A stretch of DNA of 64,000 bases from Catajapyx aquilonaris. Taxonomy: Eukaryota. The position numbers were made by a program, and so were the translations under genes. Below are positions 1 through 10,892 of the stretch, piece by piece. Within the stretch, counting starts at the first letter, position 1. Every line of letters starts with the position of its first letter. The stretch spans positions 1 through 64,000 of the forward strand of contig KZ538377.1 of assembly GCA_000934665.2 (NCBI GenBank), read 5' to 3'. Under the pieces are notes generated by a model. It worked only from the letters and a program-made list of their open reading frames with translations. It ran no database searches and had not been told where the DNA came from.

Positions 1-577
1 TATTTTTTTAAATAAAAAAATAACGAGATTGGAACAAATCGATCTGGCGGTGGAACAACGTGGAACTCACTCGGAACAAGCGATCCGCAATGTTTTTGAC
101 CATCCTATGCAATTAGAGGTGCCACCGTGGAGTTGGCACCGCCAAGTTATTTTTTTAAATAAAAAAATAACGAGATTGGAACAAATCGATCTGGCGGTGG
201 AACAACGTGGAACTCACTCGGAACAAGCGATCCGCAATGTTTTTGACCATCCTATGCAATTAGAGGTGCCACCGTGAAGTTGGCACCGCCAAGTTATTTT
301 TTTAAATAAAAAAAATAACGAGATTGGAACAAATCGATCTGGCGGTGGAACAACGTGGAACTCACTCGGAACAAGCGATCCGCAATGTTTTTTGTGCCAA
401 ATATGTAGTTGGCGGTGCCGGTCGTGAACTTGGCACCGCCAATTTATTTTTTAAATAAAAAGTTTCCGTGATTGGAACAAATTGAACTGGCGGTGGAACA
501 ATGTGGAACTCTCTTGGAACAATTAGACCACGTCACTGGACAGGTCATTCCGACGACTGGCGGTGCCAACTTCACGG
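1..577. repeat. 147-bp tandem repeat (about 3.5 copies, truncated by the window start) with an internal hairpin and a terminal inverted copy of the hairpin arm
   Basis: Units begin at 1, 148, 295 and about 444 (tattttttta aataaaaaaa taacgagatt ggaacaaatc...). Copies 1-2 are nearly identical and copy 4 is diverged. Each unit has GGTGCC...GGCACC. 558-577 (tggcggtgccaacttcacgg) is the reverse complement of ccgtgaagttggcaccgcca in unit 2. Confidence 0.95.
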
Positions 578-2155
578 ACGTGATACGTGGACTCCCCACT
601 TTTTTGGTGTGTTGGATCATTCCCAAGTCTCCGGTTGCTGTATCCATCACTGATTCCTCCGCCTCCGGATTCTGCGGACTGCTTGTGCTCTCCATGCACG
701 TAGCCAGAAATGCAATTTGGATAACGTGTTTGAGGCGGTTTTAAACTTTGAGTTAAACCGCAGGGACCAGCTTTTAGGGAAGGTCTCCAGTGTGTTACAC
801 TGCAACATGGATTTCCCTTTTTTTGGAAGTGGGGGGAGAGGGAGGTGGGGGGGGGGGGGTCTATATGGACGTGTGGCTTTGGTGTTATTGAAACGAAAAG
901 CTTGCCGTCACGCCGAGAGAAAAGTTTGGTGTAGCTTGTGGGAAGGTTGGTTCAGATCAAAACAGGATTGAAATCAATTATACAGGGTGATACACTGCTC
1001 ATATCCACACTTCAAGAATAGGAGGCCATCAGAAAATCTGAGCCAGGCCTAGCTAGGCCTAGCTCCACGTGGTTCTGTCTACCAACAGCAACGATGCAAA
1101 GATAACGACACTATATAGCAATAGTTTATAATCCACATGAGTCAAACTGCATGGCATCGCATAATAGCCATAGTACTACGTACGTTGCCAATTAATTTAC
1201 ACGTCTGCATTGAAAATATTGGTGGTTCAATAATGCACCTCATTTGTTGTTAGATGAGTGTTGGTTGTGTATTTCTGGCTGGTGGATGCAATGTCGCGTG
1301 TGAGTGATTCAGCAAATGTGATTAATAATCAAGCGCGCTATTTATTAATAGATTCCCCTCACCATTATGGTCCAATCACGAAGCCGGCCGCGTTTCACAT
1401 TAGAGATTCACGCCGCAAATTTCAATTGGTGGAGGGCGAAGTAAAGACAAACCATTAAGCTAGGAATGGGAGCTAGGTTGGGCTGGTATGGGAGGGGGTT
1501 TCTGGTTGGGTTTGACACGCGGGCCTCGGTATCGAATCTCGTAATGACCCAACTTCCTCCATCCAGAGACCCCCGGTTTTAAGTGCTTTATTGAGCCGGC
1601 GTACACTTAATTACTCTGCGGCTTTATGTGTAGAAGAACCCCCTCCTCCGCTGCTTTGCATGAATTCTGCTTCGATTGGGGGTAATTCCCCTACATGGAA
1701 TTTTCCCATAAATCTCTCCATTCAAGTGGTCAGCGGCGCTCCCCAAATGATTTTTGGGGGACCGTTTATTTTAACTCATTAATTGTTGCAAAATACTGAT
1801 ATAGTGGCTCAGTGATACACTGCTCAATATATATTCAGATAATTATGCGCTTATGGAAGCAATTTTAGTTTTGACGTTTAATCGATCTGACTCGTATACT
1901 GTGTATTTGTGCAGGTTTCATTAAAATTTAACGAGTGGAATCGGTGCAAGTTCTCTTTCATCCCCCAAATGCAGATGTTTAATTTAAAAGGAATGGGGCT
2001 GTCCAATCACAGATTCTGGTCCCTAAACTTTCTAATTGCCGCGCGAAAATATTAACGAAGTCCCACGATTTTGCTTACTAGACCCGATTTTCAAAGGTGA
2101 CATTTTTGAGCATGTTTTCTGATTGAATCATTTTTTTTCTCTCTCTCCATTTCAG

Positions 2156-2368
2156 AACCATGTGAGAGAACATTTTGCGCCTTCGGGGCCGTGTGCGCCA
2201 CAGACGAACGCGGTCGCGCGTCCTGTCGCTGTCCAGAGTGCCGGTTGCCCCTGGCCTTTGCCCCTGTGTGCGGCTCGGACGGCGTCACCTACGACCACGA
2301 ATGTCGCCTGCGAATGAAAGGCTGCCAGACGCAACGAGTCATCCGCATCCAACACTCCGGCGAGTGCG
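2156..2368 (+). CDS. agrn: Agrin-like protein, internal exon encoding one follistatin/Kazal domain (EPCERTFCAFGAVC...PVCGSDGVTYDHECRLRMKGC...HSGEC)
   Basis: Polypyrimidine tract plus ttcag| at 2154-2155, G|GTAAGT donor at 2369. 213 nt, phase 1-1. Ten Cys in follistatin spacing and the Kazal PVCGSDG.TY...C motif. Confidence 0.9.
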
Positions 2369-5300
2369 GTAAGTCCAGTTTGTCAAACAATGGTTGCGAG
2401 CCGTTTTCTCCCTTGAAGCGATCCCATCAAAACACTAAGAACACTATAATTTTTGGTTATAAACTGTCTCAATATGATGAAATGTGAGGAAATACTTGGC
2501 GGACCGTTGGCGGAGGGATATTTATCGAAGTTGTGTGTGTGTGATCCGCAGATCCCGACGCACGTCCCCGCGCGCATCTTCGCGAGCGTCATGGCGGTGC
2601 CTCCAGCCTGTTGGAGTAGCGAACGAGAGGCAGCTGGCAAAATCGGCGACCCAATGTCTTTTCGCGTTCCTTCCTGGGGCTTTTATGGGCTAATCCCCCC
2701 CAAGAAAAGGGAAATACTGGAACGGGTTAGGAGTTGTAGGGAAGGGGGTATAGGGTTGGAAAAGGGGGGAATAATCCTGGGGCTTCTATTGCTTTTCCTA
2801 ATTGGTGGCCTGAGCTAGACAAGAGTAGCGATGCTGACACTCTAATTTTAGAGAGCGTGGGGGTGGGAGGAAACTAACCTGAGCTGCTTCAGGCGCTTTT
2901 AAGGACTGGTCTGAATCGGTGAATGGGAAAGGGGTGGCAGGCAGATGAAGGTGGGATGGGCGCAAGGGGGGGAACAATTACACGAATTCACTTTGCCAGC
3001 TCAACTCAGGGTAGGAAAAACCGCGAAGAAGAAGCTTTGGCTAGGAAGAAAAATGACCGTACTTTACAGGTGTCAAAGGCTCTTATCTCTCTATCGTAAG
3101 CAGGTGCAATTATGGCGACGGATGTTCGAGCCAAGTTTTGGGACGCGCAATTTTGGCAGAAACACTTTCGTTTTAAATCATACAAGTGCCTAATATTGAA
3201 CAAGCTGCGGGACAACAAACAGCGTTGGTTCCATCAGGGTCGCGTTTTGCTAGTGATGAAAAATCCTGTCGGGGGCACATGGTAATCTGGTTTATTTTCT
3301 AATCACAAATGTTTTCCGGCTAACCAGATGACAAAGCTATCAACTGACGCGGCCAGCCCTATGTTGTTTTAGCCAAATACTTTTTGTTACACGGCAGTGT
3401 TACTATTGGATGAATATTGAAATCTGAATTTTCTGATTAGTTGCTTTAAGGCCCACATTTCTCTGCCGGGCACATTGCGGATAAAATTTGGAAAGTGTCG
3501 CATAATCATACCTTTGCGATTTTAATATTGACTGTAACTTGGGCGTAGAACTCATCAGTGCTACATGTTTCAATTATTACGTGTCGTTACGACATGTTCT
3601 GCAATAGACATGCCAATTCTTTTGTACACATGACGTGATGTGACTCTAATGAAACATCTGTGTTTCCTGTCACGTACCAACTGGGTTCATTGCGAAATGC
3701 GGTTCGGTACCATAAAATACACTGGCAATGTGTGACTTGTACCCCCCTAATTATATCTCGAAACGTGCGTCAGACGCTCTAACCAGCCCCGGTCCTGGCG
3801 ATAACCTTGCTTTTTGTGGCTATACAGCTTGCTTTCTAACCTCTATCGAATACTAAAATCGACGAGGCGCACTAATCCTGTAAACATTTAATGTTGTGTG
3901 GGCTACACAGCATCAGAGAGAGTAGAGCGGGCTGTGCAACCTTTTATTCCGCTGACTCTCCCCACGTTGCATAATTCCATCCACGAACTTTCCTAGCTAC
4001 TCTTAACTAATGCGCAGAGGCTGCTGTGCGATGTCGATTTACACTAGTTGAGAGGATAGGAATGCTAAACAAGCACTTAACCCGCAACTGGGAATTAAAA
4101 CTGCTTTCTTAACGGCGTCATATTTCAAAGCTTCCTCACTAAGATGGTGGAACATCCTATTTCCTTTTTTTTCTCTCTTCCTCTCTTGGAAATTCTCCGC
4201 CTAACTGCAGCCACAGTTAGGCGATAAGGCAAGCTTGAAGGTGCTGTCCTGCTGGAGAAATGTGCCTGTACTCTGTCGCAGCTGTGGCGTGCATAAATAA
4301 AAGGATGACTTATTCCACTTTAATGTATCCCAAATAAACAAGTTCCACCCTGTATGTCTGACATATGGCTGTAAGTATATATAAGAAGGACGCAAAACCA
4401 CAGGTGTGCTTTTCTCCAGGTATTGATTTTCATCAGCACAGCGGGGATATAACGAGGTATCGATAAGCGTGATGCATTGTGTCCTCATCTTGAAACCCCA
4501 TCGCCCGATAAACATTCCATTATTGACGACGGAGCCAGATTATGTGATGAGCTGCTTGTCAGGCTAAGTATTACTACAGAAATCGGTTCCGAAAATGGGT
4601 GCACCCTGGAGGATACGCGGGGTCCTACCGGCTTGTGATGAATGAAAGCCGTTTTTTTTGGAAGTATAGGGCAATTTGCAAGGACCGGAGGTATAGTGTT
4701 TCATATTTGAATAATGGATATTGCTTCCATAGATAGTGCGCAGAGACGCTGAATGAACTCCGTACAACCTAGGCACGTGGTAGAAAGGCTCGTTATTGTG
4801 CAGGAAAATAGTCCTGGTTACTGCAGTGCCCAACATCTTAAAATTCCAAGTCACACACATGTTGTATTATTTCTAAGGCTCCTGCGGCTCCTTAGACACT
4901 GTGACTTCACCAGCAGGCTGCTGCAGTCTGACTTGACGATTTTGAGTTTAGCATACGAAATGTACTCGCGGGATACATTTGAACTGAGATTCTGGTACAG
5001 TTAACATCCTGGAGAGATGGAGAAAAAAAAATCTTGTAATTAGGGTAACGATATCGTTTAAAATTGGGATGTCTTGGTGTGCAAGACAAGGAGTCGTTTT
5101 CGTCTGTGTTTCCTTCCCATGTCTGCTTTATTTCTCCCCCCATCTTTCCTTCGCTTTCCATCTCTTTTCTAATGGAAACAGAAAGGTTATTACGTATGAG
5201 GAAGACGGTTGCGTCGTCGAAATTGCCGTCTTTGGTTCATTTAAGCCGAAAGCGTCGTCTGCGAGGAACAGTTAAGTGGATAACACAAGAGTGCCTCTGC

Positions 5301-6767
5301 CGCTTCCTCCTACCTTGCCCCTTGCAATTACTATTAACGCTTAACGAACATGATGCTCCAATTAGCTTAACTGAAAGGTACGGAACACTCACATCGATAG
5401 TTGTGCTCGGCTCTAATATACTGCGCCGGGTACTTCAATCATGTCTTATCAAGGCTGCCTTTATGCCCTGTCTTGTTCAGTACATTGGCCAAGGAGAATG
5501 AACAGAGTTCGGGATAGGTTCATTAATATCACACAGGTCTGTGGAATATTTTATCCCTGGCAATATCTACATCCGCATGGGACGGAAAATGTCCATATAA
5601 TCATTGTGTCTTTCATATATGTCACTACGAGGAAATAATGTAACTTCCTGCACACGATTTTATTACAGTACTTTCACGTAAAGGACATGCGACAAGCACA
5701 ATCACACACAGAAAAATTCCCTCAATGAGTACAGTACGCTCTCAGCGTAGAATATTTTCCTGCATCATAATATTTTAGCTGCTGAAATGCTGCAGCTGCT
5801 GTAAAATATTAATGTTGTTTATAGTAAAATAGAGGCAGCAACCAGCAGTGCGGAAAGCACAATAATGACAAGCGTCACGACTGTTGATTTAGATGGTTCC
5901 ATCAGCACTCTCTGCCATCAACACCTTTTCGCAGTGGCCTCCCTGTCAAGGGGTGACAAAGAACATCATTCACAATGTATGAACAATGTATTTTCATTTA
6001 ATGCGGACTGTGTACGGAAGCACAGTTGGGGCAATGGAATGGCATGCTGCCTTACTAAAATGCTGTTGCGATTGTTGCATGCGTGTAACTAAACCAGTAA
6101 AATGAAGCACTGCCACTACAATATATTTTTATATTATTTTTACTGGTTATCACAACATTATATGGAAATGTGCTGCCACAAAATCAAAGAGCTAGAATGA
6201 ACTCGTGCGAGATTTCCCCTTGAATTCATGCAACCGATTTTAAATCGTAGAAATGCCCCACTGTGTAAACTGCACAGTGTGCAGTTATAATAATATTATT
6301 CTAAATTAATATTAATAATGTTCAATTAATCGGACATATAGTGATTGAAATACCAGTAGTGTATATCTGAAAGTCATATTACAACGTCATTTTGTGTTTG
6401 AATTATTCTACGTAGAGTATTTCAGATTAAACCATCAGTGTGCACCAATACATTATAATGGCCAAAATATTAATTTAATATTCGTATTGTTACTGCAGCA
6501 TGGTAGAGACAAAACTATTCTTTTTTCTTCTTCAGTTAGTCACTTCAAAAATATTACGACTATAATATACCCACATTTATTAGACCCTAGGCTATAGTTG
6601 GAGTATTAACTACTATATTCAATGTAGGTATTTTTTAATTAATTCAGAACATCCCAGCTTTGGAGAGATGATAGCTGAAATACTGTACTACTTGCACTCT
6701 AAGCCATCGATATAAGTTTATATAAAATTGGGAGAGTTATACAAAAATATACCTACTGCAGCCTTAC

Positions 6768-6879
6768 CTGAAACTCTTTGATAGCCTTTTGCAAGTCTTC
6801 CTGATATACTTCTGATGTTTCACGGGAAGCTTCTGTACCAATTTTGTCCATAAGGCACTCCATCTCCAATTGAAGCGCT
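6768..6879 (-). pseudogene. Relic exon, module 2b (RALQLEMECLMDKIGTEASRETSEVYQEDLQKAIKEFQ)
   Basis: tttttttcctctgaag| acceptor, CAG|GTAAGG donor. 112 nt, phase 2-0, open, in frame with module 2a. Confidence 0.75.
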
Positions 6880-6983
6880 CTTCAGAGGAAAAAAATAGGC
6901 ATTAATGCATAAAGGTTTCTGTTGTGGCGTAAAGTGTCCATCAGTACTCGATTACATAAAATGAACGTTTTCTCTGAACTTAC

Positions 6984-7116
6984 CGGCACAAAGTAAGAGG
7001 ATCAATCCTGTAATCGTGATGGTGTAGTATTCCAGTAGGAGTATCAATAACTGGCACGGTCTGTGCGCAAATGCGATCATCAGTAAGCCTAATATTTGCT
7101 TGGGCGGCTACTTCAG
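6984..7116 (-). pseudogene. Relic exon, module 2a (EVAAQANIRLTDDRICAQTVPVIDTPTGILHHHDYRIDPLTLC)
   Basis: ctcttcttattattccacgcag| acceptor, CCG|GTAAGT donor. 133 nt, phase 1-2, the only open frame of the three. Confidence 0.75.
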
Positions 7117-8510
7117 CTGCGTGGAATAATAAGAAGAGTAAATATTTAAATTAAAAATTAACATGTGGCCATAATGATCTGTTCACTCTGAGCAGTGACA
7201 CTAATTCACCATCTCGAGTAGATGTGATGTAGTACACGGAGCAGAACAAGGAAAATATCTTGCAAGATTCAAATCTGTCGGAAGGTTTAAAAAGATGCGC
7301 ACTTACTTTCCTCTGACTTATCTTGCTCTGACGTTGAAAATTATTGATAAATTATTTCGTGTCACAGTTCAGACATGAACAATTTATGGCTAAATACCTT
7401 CAATTATTCGTTTCTGATATAGTTACCTGCAAAGAAAAAATACAAGTAGAGCGTCATGTCTCTCTTGATTCAGGATTACTCGACGCACTGTCCGGATATT
7501 AAACCTTTCTTCTATGAGAATCCGAAGTGGAAAGAGCCTTATATATACTGTACATTGCCTAATTAAAATATTGCCATTATTTTATGATATGGGCATTTCC
7601 CTCACGCAACAAAATTTGATAAACGTTCAGTCAACTTTTATATCTTTGAATTGTATCATCCGCACTATATCTCTAAACGGATGTGACCAAAGCAGTTGCC
7701 TCTGACTCATTAAAAACCAATTCAGTTAAAGTGTTGAATTAATTTTATTGGAGCTGCGGAGGGCAAGAATTAAACAAATAATAATTAGGCAGGATAGCCA
7801 AGTATTGCGCAACGGACATGAATGAAACAGCGATATCTTATCGCGAGACTGACGCCCACTATTACACTACATCCTGAATGTATGAATGAAAAAAGTGGGC
7901 GTGTATGCTGTCACGTACACTGTTCTCGATTCCTATACGCCGATCGTTTTCTTGAATGTAATGTGCCAAAGTACATTTAGTAAGGAAACCAATTAAAGTA
8001 TAACTTATATGCAGACTGAAGTCACAGCCGACATAATGTGACTATAACACACCACGTTAATAATATTGAAAGAGATTAGTACAATGCAGATCTTTTGGGA
8101 TGCATCATGTCATAAGAGTACAGAGGTCGACAGAGGTGCACTGTACATGGTCGAACCATTTTGTTACGACAACTTGCCGTGTTTATTATTTGTGTTGCAT
8201 TGTTGTTCTACAGTAGAAGCTGTAACATAATAATAATTTTCAGTGTGCGCACACGACAGGTTTAATTTCATTATATTTCCATGCGTGAAGAAAGAGCTTC
8301 TAGAAAACATGCAGCCTCTGTAATGGTATAATTTTGTCGCAGCATATGCGTAGTCAGTAGTCGTATATTTCGTAGCAAGCCTCTATCTGCAACAAAATAA
8401 AACACATTCAATTATTTTTGCAGATCTATTCGTTTGACTCGACTGCTGCACACTATCAAATTATGGAAGTCTACTGTACAGTATGTGGTAGTGATGGTTT
8501 ACGGGTTTAC

Positions 8511-8622
8511 CTCATACTGAGTAGTAAGATCGTCCAAATGGCGTTGATTATTTTCAGCATCTTCTTCAAACTGCGCATTTCCCAACTTGTAAAGCAAGCA
8601 TTCCATCTTGTATTTAAAATAT
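8511..8622 (-). pseudogene. Relic exon, module 1b (QYFKYKMECLLYKLGNAQFEEDAENNQRHLDDLTTQYE)
   Basis: gtattgcag| acceptor, GAG|GTAAAC donor. 112 nt, phase 2-0, open, in frame with module 1a. Confidence 0.75.
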
Positions 8623-8717
8623 CTGCAATACATTAGAATGAACAAGTGGAGTGACATTGCTTGCAATATTAGTTGTATAGGGAATAGTGGATTATAATAA
8701 TCAATGCATATCCTCAC

Positions 8718-8832
8718 TGGCATAAGATGTCGCGTGGAATAACTTGATCACTGCGGTATTTGTCAACTATGGATTGTGCCCACATGCATATTCGAGGTTC
8801 CACATTGTTTTCTTCAGTCAAAATCACAGTCC
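8718..8832 (-). pseudogene. Relic exon, module 1a (TVILTEENNVEPRICMWAQSIVDKYRSDQVIPRDILC)
   Basis: cattattatag| acceptor, CA|GTGAGG donor. 115 nt, phase 1-2, open. Confidence 0.7.
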
Positions 8833-9296
8833 CTATAATAATGAGCAACAATAATACACCAATGAATATCTCATCTTGATTGTTTTCAAGGACAATCGTG
8901 GTATAGGGACAATATTGAATGAATAATATTTCTGATGCGTCAGTTCACATTCATCGTAATAAGATCGATTTTATATTGCATAGAACATAATTATCAGCAA
9001 TTTCATCCTTTCCTGCAACAATCAGAAGCAATAAATGACATGATATCTTGACCATTATAACTTGCGAGGTTCTCTTCAAAGCAGCGCAGCGCATGAAGTA
9101 GGACACTCTTTCGCAGCAAAGTATTGCCGATTTGTGACAGTAGCTTCCGCCATATGCTCCAAATATAACTTTTATCAAATGTAATACATCATCCGCCTGA
9201 CTGGATCAACAACACACATTTTACTCCAAGGTTGTGTACGAGGATCTGAACAAAAACATGCTGAATGCCACTCAGTAAACATGATATGTGGCTTAC

Positions 9297-9409
9297 TCCT
9301 GCCCAGAAGCGATACGTTCTCACAATGGCATGTCACCAACATGTCACTATACTGCAGAAGGATAATATGCGCACAAGTAACTCTCCCAAAACATTACGCA
9401 ATATTTTAA
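9297..9409 (-). pseudogene. Relic exon with F-box-like motif (KILRNVLGELLVRILSF / frameshift / LQYSDMLVTCHCENVSLLGR)
   Basis: ctcgtctcttacag| acceptor, GGA|GTAAGC donor. A 51-nt intron leads to an exon starting NPRTQPWSKMC, which resembles the W..lC tail after F-boxes. One frameshift is required. Confidence 0.5.
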
Positions 9410-10667
9410 CTGTAAGAGACGAGGCTACATACTGTTACGTTATGAAATTAATATTTGGGGAAGCATTATGCATGTTGCTAAATGCATATTTTAAGTAACT
9501 GTAATTGTGTAATTTGACTATACAGTATTTACTCCGTACATGCCGCATAATAACTTGAACTGTAATATGCAGTACGGAATGTTATTATCGAAAGCATGCA
9601 GCATATATTAGAACATTAGTTGCGTAGTTGCCTTGGTATATAAACCCCATTTTCCCTAAAAATAACAACACCTTTTAATGACCCCCACGTTAATACACCA
9701 AGCAAAGCCGTACAGCTAATGTTACATTACGTAGTGCAGTGCCTTTTTTTATCCGCCAAAAATACCGCTCCCTTGAGATTCCATATATGTTGCAGCCTAG
9801 TTTAATGTAGCATTTGGCCGTGGATGAAATTAGTTCGTGAAGCCTAGTTTGTCGAGCGATCGTGATGGATCATTAACGTACACTAAGTGCGGACGACGGT
9901 TAAATCTACTTCTGTTTTTCCGCCGCATTACTCTTTATTGGTAACCGATCACATCCAGACGCACATAACGAGTCCCCTGTCGAGCTCTCCTCTCTAGTAA
10001 AAAAAAGCAGTGCTCAAAAACACGTAATAACTGATATTTCACTCGGGATGCAGAGACATTGGACACCTCTCTGGTTTCATCCTCTCTCATCCCCCAATTT
10101 CCAACCTGTTCCAACCCTACACACATAATCCGGAGGATCAGCCATCCGAAATTTGCTTTTGAGAGTCAGCTGGGATTTTCCGGTTTCAATGACGTGTGGC
10201 AGCGCACGCCATTAATCGAACTCTGGGGGGAAAGGGTGGGAATGAATTGTACGGATATGTGGGGGGGTATTGTTGGGAAAAAGGGGGTGGTGGTTCATAA
10301 GCTGGGGTTGACACGGTGACAGCCCCCCCCCCCCTTTCGTCATGGAGGGGGTTCCTTACCCCCACTAGTTTCCAGGGAAACAGAAGAGAAAATTGTGCAG
10401 GTCGACTGACACCGGGAGCAAAGGTTTTCCCACTCTGGCCGTCGATAAATCCTCCGCAGGATGAAGCCTGGAAATGAGAGGATTCTCCGGGGGTCTCCCC
10501 CCCCCCCTCCACCTTCCCCAACGTTTCCGGATCTGGGAAAACGCGTCGCTTCGCTTAGCAAAGTACACTGGTCTCAAGTACATCGGTGATAGTTGAGGGA
10601 GGGTTTAGACGAGAGATCCGTGCAGCTGACACATGCAACACTTAGACGGGTGTAGCCTACTACAGTT

Positions 10668-10892
10668 ACAGTTACCCACATCATAACTTCTCAAAAAGTA
10701 GGCGGCGACCTCTGCCTCTCCAGACACCATAAGCGATCTGATTGGTGTACCAGAGGGTGCTCCCCCAATCAGAAATGTGGCTACAGTGAGATCCATAAGA
10801 AATCCTCCTTTAAAGTGTATTGCTTGACAACATAGGCCGCAATATTTAGGACATGCCTATTTCTTTTGAGAAGATAGGCTGTGGGTAGTGTA
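10668..10892. mobile_element. MITE-like element, family A, short copy
   Basis: Imperfect ~31-bp TIRs (tacccacatcataacttctcaaaaagtaggc / gcctatttcttttgagaagataggctgtgggta) with TA-CAGT-like termini. Clearly homologous to 32336-32796. Confidence 0.75.

Larger units (their letters stand above)
4201..9548 (-). pseudogene. Nested antisense multi-exon gene relic in the agrin intron: F-box-like N-terminus, duplicated internal module, in-frame stops and frameshifts; both ends uncertain
   Basis: Series of minus-strand GT-AG pairs. Best-supported exons: 9409-9297, 9245-about 9060, 8832-8718, 8622-8511, 8386-8255, 7426-7307, 7116-6984, 6879-6768; weaker candidates at 5798-5738 and 5008-about 4200. Adjacent exons are phase-compatible across the 51, 95, 124, 190 and 104 nt introns. 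Confidence 0.7.

Noticed and set aside
29..277. 82-aa ORF with a repeated peptide
   Set aside because: By-product of the 147-bp (49-codon) tandem repeat; non-ATG start and no domain signature.
1..577. CRISPR-like appearance (repeats with hairpins)
   Set aside because: Whole units repeat with no unique spacers, there are no cas genes, and the context is a eukaryotic intron.
2369..2487. ORF-track extensions past the agrin exon donors (also 39878-39957, 53524-53570, 54073-54125) and before the acceptor (53184-53307)
   Set aside because: Read-through into intron beyond strong splice sites; the cysteine pattern stops exactly at the splice junctions.
7307..8386. Idea that stops in the nested gene reflect an alternative genetic code or readthrough
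   Set aside because: TAA, TAG and TGA all occur, and frameshifts are also needed elsewhere in the relic; ordinary decay explains it.
9960..10000. Possible Helitron 3' end (CTAG-T) next to the nested relic
   Set aside because: No convincing GC-rich subterminal hairpin and no matching 5' TC boundary identified.
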